Origin: an uncultured Phycisphaerales bacterium | GTDB lineage: Bacteria > Planctomycetota > Phycisphaerae > Phycisphaerales > SM1A02 | DNA: 64,000 nucleotides | Assembly: GCA_938084645.1 (NCBI GenBank) | Contig: CALKEP010000010.1 | Location: 21,851 to 85,850 of the forward strand | Direction of reading: 5' to 3' | Part shown: one piece after another, positions 50,596 through 59,554 of the stretch | Numbering within the stretch: the first letter of the stretch is position 1 | How the letters are laid out: every line of letters starts with the position of its first letter | Notes under the pieces: model-generated | Told to the model about the DNA's origin: nothing | What the model saw: only the letters and a program-made list of their open reading frames with translations | The model's database searches: none | Made by a program: the position numbers and the translations under genes

Positions 50596-52575
50596 ATGCG
50601 ACGTGTTACCGAACTCCTCGGAGGCTGTGCTGGCCTCATTCTCGCCGCCGGAGTCCACGGACAGTCATGCGACACCGTGTTGAACACCGGAAGCATCGAC
50701 GTGACCCAGGGCGGCGTTTCCTGCGCTGCCGACGGGATCACGACCCCGAACTTCTTCGCGAAGAGTTACGACCTCAGCGTGCTTCTCCCCGGTGAGGAGT
50801 ACGAACTGAGCTGCATCGAGTTCGGCGCGACCAATGGAAACACGACTCCCCTCGCGAGCACGGTGACCGTCTACGTCGACACCGACGGCGGTGATCCCCG
50901 GGCGCCGGGCGTGGACCTCGAGGAGATCGGCTCGGCATCCATCGAACTCGCGGGAGCCAGCGGCAACGTGCTGCTTCAGGTCTCCTTCGACCCGCCGCTC
51001 TGTCTCGGTGCCGACGGCACCTACGTCGTCGAGCTGGGCATTCCCCAGGCCGATGACGGTTTCGCCTCGATCGCCGGCAACACCGGCCCGGACGACCAGA
51101 CCTTCATTCGCTCGGACGATTGCGGCCTCGGAGAGTTCGTGTCGTACGCGTCGATCGGCTTTCCCGACCAGTTCTGGGCACAGCAGCTCATCGGCGAGAC
51201 CGGCTGCGACGGCGTCGTCTGCGACTGCTACACCGGTAGCGACTGCTTCGTTCCCCACGAAGAGCCCGGCTGCGACGACCCCATCTGCTCCGCCACGGTC
51301 TGCAGCTTCGACCTGTTCTGCTGCGAGGTCACCTGGGACGAGAACTGCGCGGCGCTCGCCGAGGCCTACTGCGGCGTGAGCGGCTTCCCCTGCGACTTCC
51401 CGACCGCGACCTCCACCGAGACCGAGCCCTGTGGCGAGGACACGAACGGCGGTTGCAACATGGACATCCCCGCGTTCGAGTCGATCGCGGTCGGCGACGT
51501 CGTCGCCGGCACCTACTTCGCCGACGATGCCGCGGACGTCCGCGACACCGACTGGTACGAGTTCACGATCGAGGAGCGTTCGATCGTCACCTGGACCGTC
51601 TGGAGCCGGGTCGCCGTCGACAACTTCATCATCAACGACCAGTGCGACGACCTGCTCGCGATCGTCGCGGTCGGCAGTGGGGAATGCCCCAGCGTGAACA
51701 CCGCCTGCCTCGAAGCCGGAACCTACCGTGCCTTCGTCGCCCCGGTGGTCGACGGGAATCTTCCCTGTGATCTTCCGGAGTTCCCGGAATACGTCGCCTC
51801 GCTCGAAGCCGAGCCGACCGATGGTTGCCCCGGATTCGACGAGTGCGCCGGCGGCACCGAGTCGATCACGCCGAACGAGAGCCTCGACCTCACGACCGGC
51901 GGCATCAGCTGTGCGGCGGGTGGCATCACCACCGAGAACACCTGGGCGGTCACGCTTGATCTCGCGAGCGGCACCACCGGTGGCTCCGATGTGTCCGTCT
52001 CCTGCGTCGAATTCGGCGTCAACAACGGCGGCTCCGCCGTTCCGGCGCTGGTCCAGCTCTGGATCGACACCGACGGCGGCGACCCGGTCGAGCCCGGCGT
52101 CGACCTCGAGCTGATCGGCACGCGGGAGACCGTGGCGGTCACCGGCGCCAACCTGCAACGGGCCGCCTTCGATCCTCCGATCTGCGTCCCCGCCGACTCC
52201 CAGCTCGTCGTCTCGCTGAGCATGGAACCGAGCACCGACGGTTTCGCGACCTTCGGCGGCAACAACCTGCCGTCCTCGAGTGGTACCTACATCCTGAGTG
52301 CGTCCTGTGGCCTCGCCACCTTCACCAACCTCATCGACATCGGTTTCCCCGACTTCAACTGGGTCGTGGACGTCGAAGCCGACCTCGAATGCGGCGGTGG
52401 CAGCGACTGCCCCGGCGACTTCAACGGTGACGGCGTCGTCGACGGTGCGGACTTCGGATTCATCCTCGCCGCCTGGGGCCCCTGCCCGGGTTGCCCCGAG
52501 GATCTGGACGGCAACGGCACCGTCAACGGTGCCGACGTCGGCCTCCTGCTCGCGGTCTGGGGCCCCTGCCCCTGA
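50596..52575 (+). CDS. Secreted acidic protein with duplicated beta-rich domain, Cys-rich module and dockerin-like C-terminus
   Basis: Signal peptide; internal duplication GG(V/I)SCAA.GITT.N...C(I/V)EFG..N...DTDGGDP..PGVDLE.IG...IGFPD..W; same C-terminal tail as the upstream gene. Confidence 0.85.
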   Translation: MRRVTELLGGCAGLILAAGVHGQSCDTVLNTGSIDVTQGGVSCAADGITTPNFFAKSYDLSVLLPGEEYELSCIEFGATNGNTTPLASTVTVYVDTDGGDPRAPGVDLEEIGSASIELAGASGNVLLQVSFDPPLCLGADGTYVVELGIPQADDGFASIAGNTGPDDQTFIRSDDCGLGEFVSYASIGFPDQFWAQQLIGETGCDGVVCDCYTGSDCFVPHEEPGCDDPICSATVCSFDLFCCEVTWDENCAALAEAYCGVSGFPCDFPTATSTETEPCGEDTNGGCNMDIPAFESIAVGDVVAGTYFADDAADVRDTDWYEFTIEERSIVTWTVWSRVAVDNFIINDQCDDLLAIVAVGSGECPSVNTACLEAGTYRAFVAPVVDGNLPCDLPEFPEYVASLEAEPTDGCPGFDECAGGTESITPNESLDLTTGGISCAAGGITTENTWAVTLDLASGTTGGSDVSVSCVEFGVNNGGSAVPALVQLWIDTDGGDPVEPGVDLELIGTRETVAVTGANLQRAAFDPPICVPADSQLVVSLSMEPSTDGFATFGGNNLPSSSGTYILSASCGLATFTNLIDIGFPDFNWVVDVEADLECGGGSDCPGDFNGDGVVDGADFGFILAAWGPCPGCPEDLDGNGTVNGADVGLLLAVWGPCP

Positions 52576-52602
52576 TCGAGTTCGGGACCACACGCTGAAA
52601 TC

Positions 52603-52637
52603 CACGGGGCGGCCTTCGGGCCGCCCCGTGTTTCATT
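52603..52637 (+). terminator. Intrinsic terminator
   Basis: CACGGGGCGGCC-TTCG-GGCCGCCCCGTG followed by TTTCATT. Confidence 0.8.
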
Positions 52638-52694
52638 GGGGGATTGCCCCATCGACGGCCCCCGAACGTCGCGATCCGTCATACGCTCTAGTCG

Positions 52695-53546
52695 ATGTCG
52701 AACGCTTCGCTCCCACTCGCACTGCTTGCGCCGGCCTGGCTCGGCTCGTTGATCGTGAGGCTGCTCGCGCCGGTCGGTGATTTCACGCGTTTCTCGCTCG
52801 CGGTCCTGACCTGGACCATCGCCAGTCCGAAATCCTGGTTGAGCCGACGTCACATCGCTCCTCCGATCTTCACCGTCGGGGTGGCCAGCATTCCGGTCGT
52901 CGCGACGACTGGAATGTTCATCGGGATGATCCTCGCCCTCGAGGGTTTCGCCCAGTTCGATGCGCTCGGGATGGCGGACCGCATGGGCGGCATCATCAAC
53001 TCGAGCGTCGTGAAGCAGATCGGTCCCGTGCTCGCCGCGGTGATGGTCGCGGGCCGCGTCGGTGGCGCCCTCGCGGCGGAACTCGGCACCATGCGGGTCA
53101 CCGAACAACTCGACGCGATGCAGGCGATGTCCGTGGATCCGGTCCGAAATCTGGTCGTGCCCCGATTCGTGGCCTGTGTGGTGATGACGCCGATCCTGAC
53201 CATGTATTCGAACGCGCTGGGCGTATGGGGCGCCTGGGCCATTCTCACGGGTCTCTTCGGCGTGAACACCGCGGACTACTGGTACTACACGGGCCTCGTG
53301 GTCCACTGGTGGGATCCGGCGGCGGGACTGCTCAAGAGCGTCTTCTTCGGCGCCGCCATCGGACTCGTCTCCTGCTGGCGAGGATTCAACTGCGTCGGGG
53401 GCGCGAGTGGCGTCGGCCGGGCGGCGACCAGTGCATTCGTCACGAGCTTTCTCGCGATCATCGTGATCAATCTCGTGCTCGCGAAGTTCCTCAACGAGCT
53501 GTACTACGTGTTCTTCCCGACGGGCATCCGATCCGTGCTTGGTTGA
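52695..53546 (+). CDS. mlaE: MlaE family ABC transporter permease
   Basis: GPVLAAVMVAGRVGGALAAELGTMRVTEQLDAM...LVVPR, GVGRAATSAFV. Confidence 0.93.
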   Translation: MSNASLPLALLAPAWLGSLIVRLLAPVGDFTRFSLAVLTWTIASPKSWLSRRHIAPPIFTVGVASIPVVATTGMFIGMILALEGFAQFDALGMADRMGGIINSSVVKQIGPVLAAVMVAGRVGGALAAELGTMRVTEQLDAMQAMSVDPVRNLVVPRFVACVVMTPILTMYSNALGVWGAWAILTGLFGVNTADYWYYTGLVVHWWDPAAGLLKSVFFGAAIGLVSCWRGFNCVGGASGVGRAATSAFVTSFLAIIVINLVLAKFLNELYYVFFPTGIRSVLG

Positions 53547-53631
53547 CGCAGCGCCGTGGCGTGGGGAACCGCGTCGGGCATCGGCACGAACACCATCCTG
53601 ATCCGGAATCGACGACCAGGGAGCCTTGCGA

Positions 53632-54831
53632 ATGACTGGCATGCACGGATTGTTCGGTCTGATCCTCTCCCTCGCAGCCTTCGGACCGACGGCACCGGTT
53701 CCCTCGATGGCCGTCGCGACGCCCGAACCAGCGACCGCGTCGCCGCAACAGGCCAGGGACCCCTGGCCCGGACGGCCGAATCCGCCGCTCTATCGCAGCA
53801 ATCCGCGCGGCTACACCGTGGGGCTCGCGGTCGATTTCGGGACCGAGCGTTTCCTGATGGCGGGCGGCGCCATCGTCATGGACGTCGCGACGGTCGATAC
53901 CACCGTCGTCGCCGATCTCCGGGGACTCGAAGCCTCGGTCCGGATCAACGGCACCCCGGTCACCCCGGGCCTCAAGATCGAAGGCGATGCGGCCAGTGGA
54001 CAACAGCGGGTGACGCTCACGCTTCCCAAGGGGAAATCGACGGCCGCCATCTCCACCCGGACGACCTGGCCCGCGATCGCGTTCGACATCGCGGTGGACG
54101 AGGCCGCGGCTTCGCGCGTGACCTGGCCCAGGGAATGGCCCGAGTCCGTGCGTCCATACCTGGCGGCGAGCGAGATCATCCAGTCGAACGACGAGATCTT
54201 CAAGGCGTTCATCGAGAAGACGACCAACGGAAGACTTCGACGAACCCCGATCTACGTCGCGGCGAAGGAACTCGTCCGAAGCACGATCCTCCAGTTCGGA
54301 AACGTCGAGGGCGGCTCCCTCTATCAGGAAGGCGACGGTCGCATCGTCGGGTTCCAACTGCAGGGCGCGGTGGCGGCGACCTCCGCCCTGCAGGCCACGC
54401 CCGCCGACATGGTCTGCACGTGCGTCGCGGTCCTGCGGGCCGCCGGGATCCCGGCCCGACCGGTGATCGGCATCCATTCGGGAGACGGTGACTCCAAGGA
54501 TTCGAAGCGACCGAAGGGACGACGGACGTTCTGCTGCTGGGCGGAGTTCCATCTCCCCGGTGCCGGCTGGGTCCCCTTCGATCCGTTCGAGATGCGCGGT
54601 CAGGGTCTGCGGCAAGCGGACATCACCCGCCCCTGGCGGTGGTTCGGAACCATCGACTCCATGAATCGCCGCGTCGGCATCGCCTACGACTTCGCCCCGT
54701 TCAACCACGGGCGGGTGCTCGGATACCCCGCGGGCTGGGTGTACCGGCTCGAATCGAGTGACCCGATCATCGGTTTCGGACTCCCGATCACCTCGATCCA
54801 GATGATCGGTCGAGGCACCGTTCGGCCCTGA
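53632..54831 (+). CDS. Secreted transglutaminase-like domain protein with non-canonical triad
   Basis: VAVLRAAGIPARPVIG...WAEFHLPGAGWVPFDP; expected Cys and His positions are P and C. Confidence 0.8.
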   Translation: MTGMHGLFGLILSLAAFGPTAPVPSMAVATPEPATASPQQARDPWPGRPNPPLYRSNPRGYTVGLAVDFGTERFLMAGGAIVMDVATVDTTVVADLRGLEASVRINGTPVTPGLKIEGDAASGQQRVTLTLPKGKSTAAISTRTTWPAIAFDIAVDEAAASRVTWPREWPESVRPYLAASEIIQSNDEIFKAFIEKTTNGRLRRTPIYVAAKELVRSTILQFGNVEGGSLYQEGDGRIVGFQLQGAVAATSALQATPADMVCTCVAVLRAAGIPARPVIGIHSGDGDSKDSKRPKGRRTFCCWAEFHLPGAGWVPFDPFEMRGQGLRQADITRPWRWFGTIDSMNRRVGIAYDFAPFNHGRVLGYPAGWVYRLESSDPIIGFGLPITSIQMIGRGTVRP

Positions 54832-54848
54832 TCATCGACTCCCGAAAC

Positions 54849-54887
54849 GGACCCGTCCCGATGCGGGACGGGCATCGGGACGGGTCC
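54849..54887. terminator. Hairpin between convergent genes
   Basis: GGACCCGTCCCGATGC...GCATCGGGACGGGTCC, 16-bp stem. Confidence 0.65.
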
Positions 54888-54938
54888 TCGGGAGCAGGCT
54901 GGAGCCGGGCAGGTCCAGCCGTGATTCATTCGGGGGCT

Positions 54939-55850
54939 TCAGGACGGCTGCACCGCCTTCGGGGTCGAGCCGCGTTTGCGGCCGGTCTTCGAGACGCTCG
55001 CATCCCGGACCGGCGAAGCGGATCCACGATTTCGGTTTCGCCCGCTGCTTCGAACGCCCCGGCTTGAGCTCGTGCGCCCGAGTTCGATCACGCGGCGACC
55101 GGTATCTCGGCCGTCGACGCGGACCGGCGCATCGACGTCCCGACGCTGGACGAAGTGCTGCGGATCGCCTCCGATCACGAGGGCGGTCTCGAAGATCGCC
55201 TTGTCACCCGAGGTGATGCGTCCGTGGTGGCGCATGGTGAATCCACGTTCGATCGCAGGCGCGTCGAATCCCGGCCACGGAGCGCCGAAATTGGCGTCGG
55301 CGACGGCGGTTCCGGCACCACCGCCTCCCATCATGAAGGGGCCGGTGTGCAGTCGGCGGACCGAAGTGTCGTCAAGACCGATCTCCCAGAGCGATTCGCC
55401 CATGGGGACGTCGATGACTCCACCGTCCTGGTCCATCTCCAGCGTCACTCGAACGCTGCCACCGAGTTTCGACGCGTTCGAGATCACGGGGTCGAGCAGG
55501 AAGGCGGCACGGAAGTCGTACACGTGCCGGTCCCCGGTCAGATTGTGGATGAAGGCCTCTCCGTCGAGCCGGGCGTCTCCGGTCGGATCCAGATCCGCGG
55601 TCCAGTTCCAGCCGATCTTGAAATCGCCAGCGGGATCCTCGTGTTCGCCGACGAATCGAAGGGCCCCCTCGACCATTGCGCCGTTGGCGACGATGCGTCG
55701 AACCGCCCCGTCGTCGACCCGGATCTGGACGATGGCGCGATGTCCCGAATTCGGAGACGCCGAGCCACCAGCTCCTGCGGCCGTCACCACGGAGGTGATT
55801 CCCCCGAAGACGAGGGCGATGCATGCGAATGTCGCTGGAAGACCGTTCAT
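54939..55850 (-). CDS. Hypothetical secreted beta-rich protein with basic disordered tail
   Basis: Hydrophobic signal after ATG 55850; Gly/aromatic-rich core; R/S/K-rich C-terminus. Confidence 0.6.
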   Translation of the reverse strand: MNGLPATFACIALVFGGITSVVTAAGAGGSASPNSGHRAIVQIRVDDGAVRRIVANGAMVEGALRFVGEHEDPAGDFKIGWNWTADLDPTGDARLDGEAFIHNLTGDRHVYDFRAAFLLDPVISNASKLGGSVRVTLEMDQDGGVIDVPMGESLWEIGLDDTSVRRLHTGPFMMGGGGAGTAVADANFGAPWPGFDAPAIERGFTMRHHGRITSGDKAIFETALVIGGDPQHFVQRRDVDAPVRVDGRDTGRRVIELGRTSSSRGVRSSGRNRNRGSASPVRDASVSKTGRKRGSTPKAVQPS

Positions 55851-56046
55851 GTTCGTCCCATCTCCCCTGAATCGAAGCCCGGCGGCCCGCATCCGGACCG
55901 ACGACCTCCAACCGTCGATTTCATCCGGGGGCGTGGCAAGTGCTTCCGACTCGGTTCGCGGCGGGAGGGTGGAACTGCGCCGGTGGTAGCGGTCGTGACG
56001 GCGACGGCGGGACGTGCCTGACGAGGGATCGCCGGTGATCAGTGGG

Positions 56047-59000
56047 TCAGTGAAAGTCGCGACTGCGAAGCCCGGTGGCTCGGATCGCCTCTTCACCGGG
56101 TCGGTGTTCACGAGCTCGAGACACCACGAGGTGGACCACGTCGTGACGACGCTCGATTCGCCCGTCCGCGATCAGGATGCCGGCATGCCGAATGACCCGC
56201 CGGTACCGGTCGTATACACGTGGCTTCACGACGAGGTTGGCGATCCCGGTCTCGTCTTCAAGCGTGATAAAGACGATTCCGCCCGCGGTCGAAGGCCGCT
56301 GTCGCACGAGGACCACGCCCGCCACCGAGATCCTCGCCCCGCCCGGACAGGTCCGTTCGTCCGACAGCTCCGACGCGAATCGCACCCCGATCGCCGCCAG
56401 TTCGTGCCGCATGCAGGCGATGGGATGTCGATCCACGGACAATCCCGACGATGCATAGTCATCGGCGATGGATTGCATCGGGGTCATCGGCGGCAGCATC
56501 GCCGGCGGTTCCTCGATGCCTCCGCCTCGTGCCGCCGTTCGGGATTCACCCTTCGAGTCGTTGCTCGGCTCGACTGCAACTCCATTCCTCCGTCGGGCGG
56601 TCTCCGGCATCGAATCGAAGAGCGGAAGGTCGTCGGCATCCCACCGCTGGATTCGCCAGAGCGCCTGCTGGCGATCGATTCCCAGTGATCGAAACGCGTC
56701 CGCCCGGGCGAGGCGACGAAACGCCCCCACCGAAACCCCGCTCGCTCTTCGCAACATGTCCAGACAATGGAACGGACCGTCGCGACGAATCACGTCGACG
56801 AGTGCTCGAGCCTCCGACGCGGCGAGCCCGCGAACCAGGCGGAGTCCCAGGCGGATCGCCGGCTGATCGACCGCGACGGACCGCCGCGTGAACGGGCGTG
56901 CGGCACCAGCACCGGTATCGACGACGTCCCAGGGATGGGCCGCCCGGCGTTCGAGCGTGCAGTCCCAGTCGGAGGCCTGCACGTCGATGCGCCGGATCTC
57001 CACGCCGTGCTCGCGTGCATCGCGAATGATCTGGGCCGGCGCATAGAATCCCATCGGCTGGCTGTTGACCAGCGCCGCGGCGAATGCGGCGGGCTCCCGG
57101 CACTTGAGCCAGCCGGAGGCGTATACCAGCAGGGCGAAACTCGCGGCATGGGATTCGGGAAATCCATACCCACTGAATCCCCGGATCTGAGTGAACACCT
57201 GTTCGGCAAACGACCGGTCGTATCCACGGGCCGCCATCCCGGCCTGAAGTCGCTCGCCGAAGGCGGCGATCGCATCGCCTTTGCGTTTCCACGCCGCGAT
57301 GGCCCGTCGCAGTTCGTCCGCCTCGCCCGGCGTGAATCCCGCGGCAGCCACGGCCAGGGCCATCGCCTGCTCCTGAAACAACGGAACTCCGAGGGTCTTC
57401 TCGAGAATCCGCCGAACCGCGGAATCGGGATACGCCGGTATCGACTCGCCGTCCCGGCGGCGGAGATAGGGATGCACCATGTCCCCCTGGATCGGTCCCG
57501 GTCGAACGATCGCGACTTCGATCACGAGATCGTAGAAGCATCGTGGCCGCAGCCTCGGCAGCATCGACATCTGGGCCCTCGACTCGATCTGGAACACGCC
57601 CACGGTGTCGGCTCGGGAGAACATCTCGTAGACGTCCGGGTCTTCGGCGGGGATCGCATGGAATTCGAGCCGGGGCCGAGACGTCGCGGCCTCGGGACCG
57701 CTTTCGTCGCCGGTTCCGGCGCCATCATGCCCGACACGATCCTCGTTGATCAGGTCGATGGCTCGACGGATGCAGGAGAGCATGCCGAGCGAGAGACAGT
57801 CGATCTTCAGCATGCCCATCGCATCGACGTCGTCCTTGTCCCATTCGATCACGGTTCGATCCGCCATCGCCGCGTTCTCGACCGGCACCATCTCCCAGAG
57901 CGGATCGTCGGTGATCACGAAGCCGCCGACATGCTGGGACAGGTGGCGCGGAAATCCCAGCATGGCTTCCGCGATCTGGAATATCCGGCGAATGGTCGGG
58001 TCTTCCGGATCGAGACCGAGTTCACGGACCCGCTCCCGATCCGCGACACCGTCGACCCACCATTCGATGTCGGTGGCGAGCCGGTCCACCAGATCCCGGG
58101 AGAGGCCCATCACCGTGGCGACCTCCCGAATCGCGCTTCTTCCCCGGAAGGTGACCACTTCGGCCACGAGGGCCGCTCGATCCCGCCCGTACTTCTCGTA
58201 GACGTACTGGAGAACCTCCTCTCGTCTTTCGTGCTCGAAATCGATGTCGATGTCCGGGGGTTCGTCCCGCTCTCGGCTGATGAACCGCTCGAAGAGCATG
58301 TCGATCCGGGTTGGATCCACGGCGGTGATGCCCAGGCAGTAGCACACCGCGGAATTCGCCGCCGCGCCACGCCCCTGGCAGAGGATCGATCGTGCGCGGG
58401 CGAACCGGACGAGGTCTTCGACGGTGAGAAAATACCGGGGATAGTCGAGTTCTTCGATGAGCTCCAGTTCGTGGTCGAGCTGCCGGCGCACCGAAGCGGG
58501 CATGGTCGGGCCGAATCGTGTTCGAGCCCCGGATTCGACCAGATCGCGAAGATGCTCCATCGGTGACCGCTGCTTCGGCACCACCTCCGCGGGATACCGG
58601 TATCGAAGCCGATCGAGACGGCAGGACCGACTGCGTTCGGCGATCTCCAGCGACCGGGTGACGGCTTCCGGATGATCGGAGAAACGGGCCGCCATCGACT
58701 CCCCGGTTCGAAGGCGTCGCTCGTCGTTCGGCCAGAGGCGTCGGCCCGCGGTCTCGATGACGCAGCCGAGTCGGATGCAGGTGAGGACGTCCTGGACGGA
58801 CCGACGTTCCGGGGTGTGGAGATGCACGTCGTTCTGGGCGAGCAACGGAACGCCCAGTCGAGTTCCCAGATCCGCGATCCGCTCGACGTGAAGATCATCG
58901 TCGGCGCCACCCAGGCGTTGCACGCCGAGCGAGAGTGCGTCTCGTCGCTTCAGATCGCCGAGCGTCGCCAGACCTTCGATCACCTCGATTCGAAAACGGT

Positions 59001-59550
59001 CGATGGACCCGGTGGGAAGCACGGTGACGGCGATTCCGGCATGGTGCTGGAGCAGATCGTGCACGGTGAGCAGGCAATGCCCCTTCGGTGCGGCTCGTTT
59101 TCCGATGGTCAGCAGCCGGCAGAGCGTCCGCCATCCTTCCAGATCCAGCGCGTGGATCGCGACTTCCACCCGATCGGATGGTGGCGCCAGCGGATTCCGG
59201 CGGTCCCAGTCCATCTTCGCCGCACCGGCCTTCCGGTCCCGCCACAATTCGACCCGGGCTCCGGGGACGAGATGGATCCCCGCCTCGCGTGCCGCGAGGT
59301 GCGCCCGCACCATGCCGGAGACCGTGTGACGATCGGTCAGACCGATCGCCGGTGCGCCGAGCGACACGGCCGCGGCGACCAGTTCCTCGGGATGACTCGC
59401 CCCGCGGAGGAAGGAGAAGTTGCTCGATACCACCAGATCGACGAAGGCCGTTCGATCTTCGGTGATCGTGGCACGTTCCGGGGCAGGCGTGGACCTCGCA
59501 CGTCGTCGCCACGGATGGGGCTGGAACTTGTCGGGCGGTTGATCGGGCAT
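56047..59550 (-). CDS. dnaE2: Error-prone DNA polymerase DnaE2 (ImuC)
   Basis: SNFSFLRGASHPEEL, QGRGAAANSAVCY, EPPDIDIDFEHERREE, HLSQHVGGF, GFPESHAASF, C-terminal SRDFH. Confidence 0.97.
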   Translation of the reverse strand: MPDQPPDKFQPHPWRRRARSTPAPERATITEDRTAFVDLVVSSNFSFLRGASHPEELVAAAVSLGAPAIGLTDRHTVSGMVRAHLAAREAGIHLVPGARVELWRDRKAGAAKMDWDRRNPLAPPSDRVEVAIHALDLEGWRTLCRLLTIGKRAAPKGHCLLTVHDLLQHHAGIAVTVLPTGSIDRFRIEVIEGLATLGDLKRRDALSLGVQRLGGADDDLHVERIADLGTRLGVPLLAQNDVHLHTPERRSVQDVLTCIRLGCVIETAGRRLWPNDERRLRTGESMAARFSDHPEAVTRSLEIAERSRSCRLDRLRYRYPAEVVPKQRSPMEHLRDLVESGARTRFGPTMPASVRRQLDHELELIEELDYPRYFLTVEDLVRFARARSILCQGRGAAANSAVCYCLGITAVDPTRIDMLFERFISRERDEPPDIDIDFEHERREEVLQYVYEKYGRDRAALVAEVVTFRGRSAIREVATVMGLSRDLVDRLATDIEWWVDGVADRERVRELGLDPEDPTIRRIFQIAEAMLGFPRHLSQHVGGFVITDDPLWEMVPVENAAMADRTVIEWDKDDVDAMGMLKIDCLSLGMLSCIRRAIDLINEDRVGHDGAGTGDESGPEAATSRPRLEFHAIPAEDPDVYEMFSRADTVGVFQIESRAQMSMLPRLRPRCFYDLVIEVAIVRPGPIQGDMVHPYLRRRDGESIPAYPDSAVRRILEKTLGVPLFQEQAMALAVAAAGFTPGEADELRRAIAAWKRKGDAIAAFGERLQAGMAARGYDRSFAEQVFTQIRGFSGYGFPESHAASFALLVYASGWLKCREPAAFAAALVNSQPMGFYAPAQIIRDAREHGVEIRRIDVQASDWDCTLERRAAHPWDVVDTGAGAARPFTRRSVAVDQPAIRLGLRLVRGLAASEARALVDVIRRDGPFHCLDMLRRASGVSVGAFRRLARADAFRSLGIDRQQALWRIQRWDADDLPLFDSMPETARRRNGVAVEPSNDSKGESRTAARGGGIEEPPAMLPPMTPMQSIADDYASSGLSVDRHPIACMRHELAAIGVRFASELSDERTCPGGARISVAGVVLVRQRPSTAGGIVFITLEDETGIANLVVKPRVYDRYRRVIRHAGILIADGRIERRHDVVHLVVSRAREHRPGEEAIRATGLRSRDFH

Positions 59551-59554
59551 GCGA

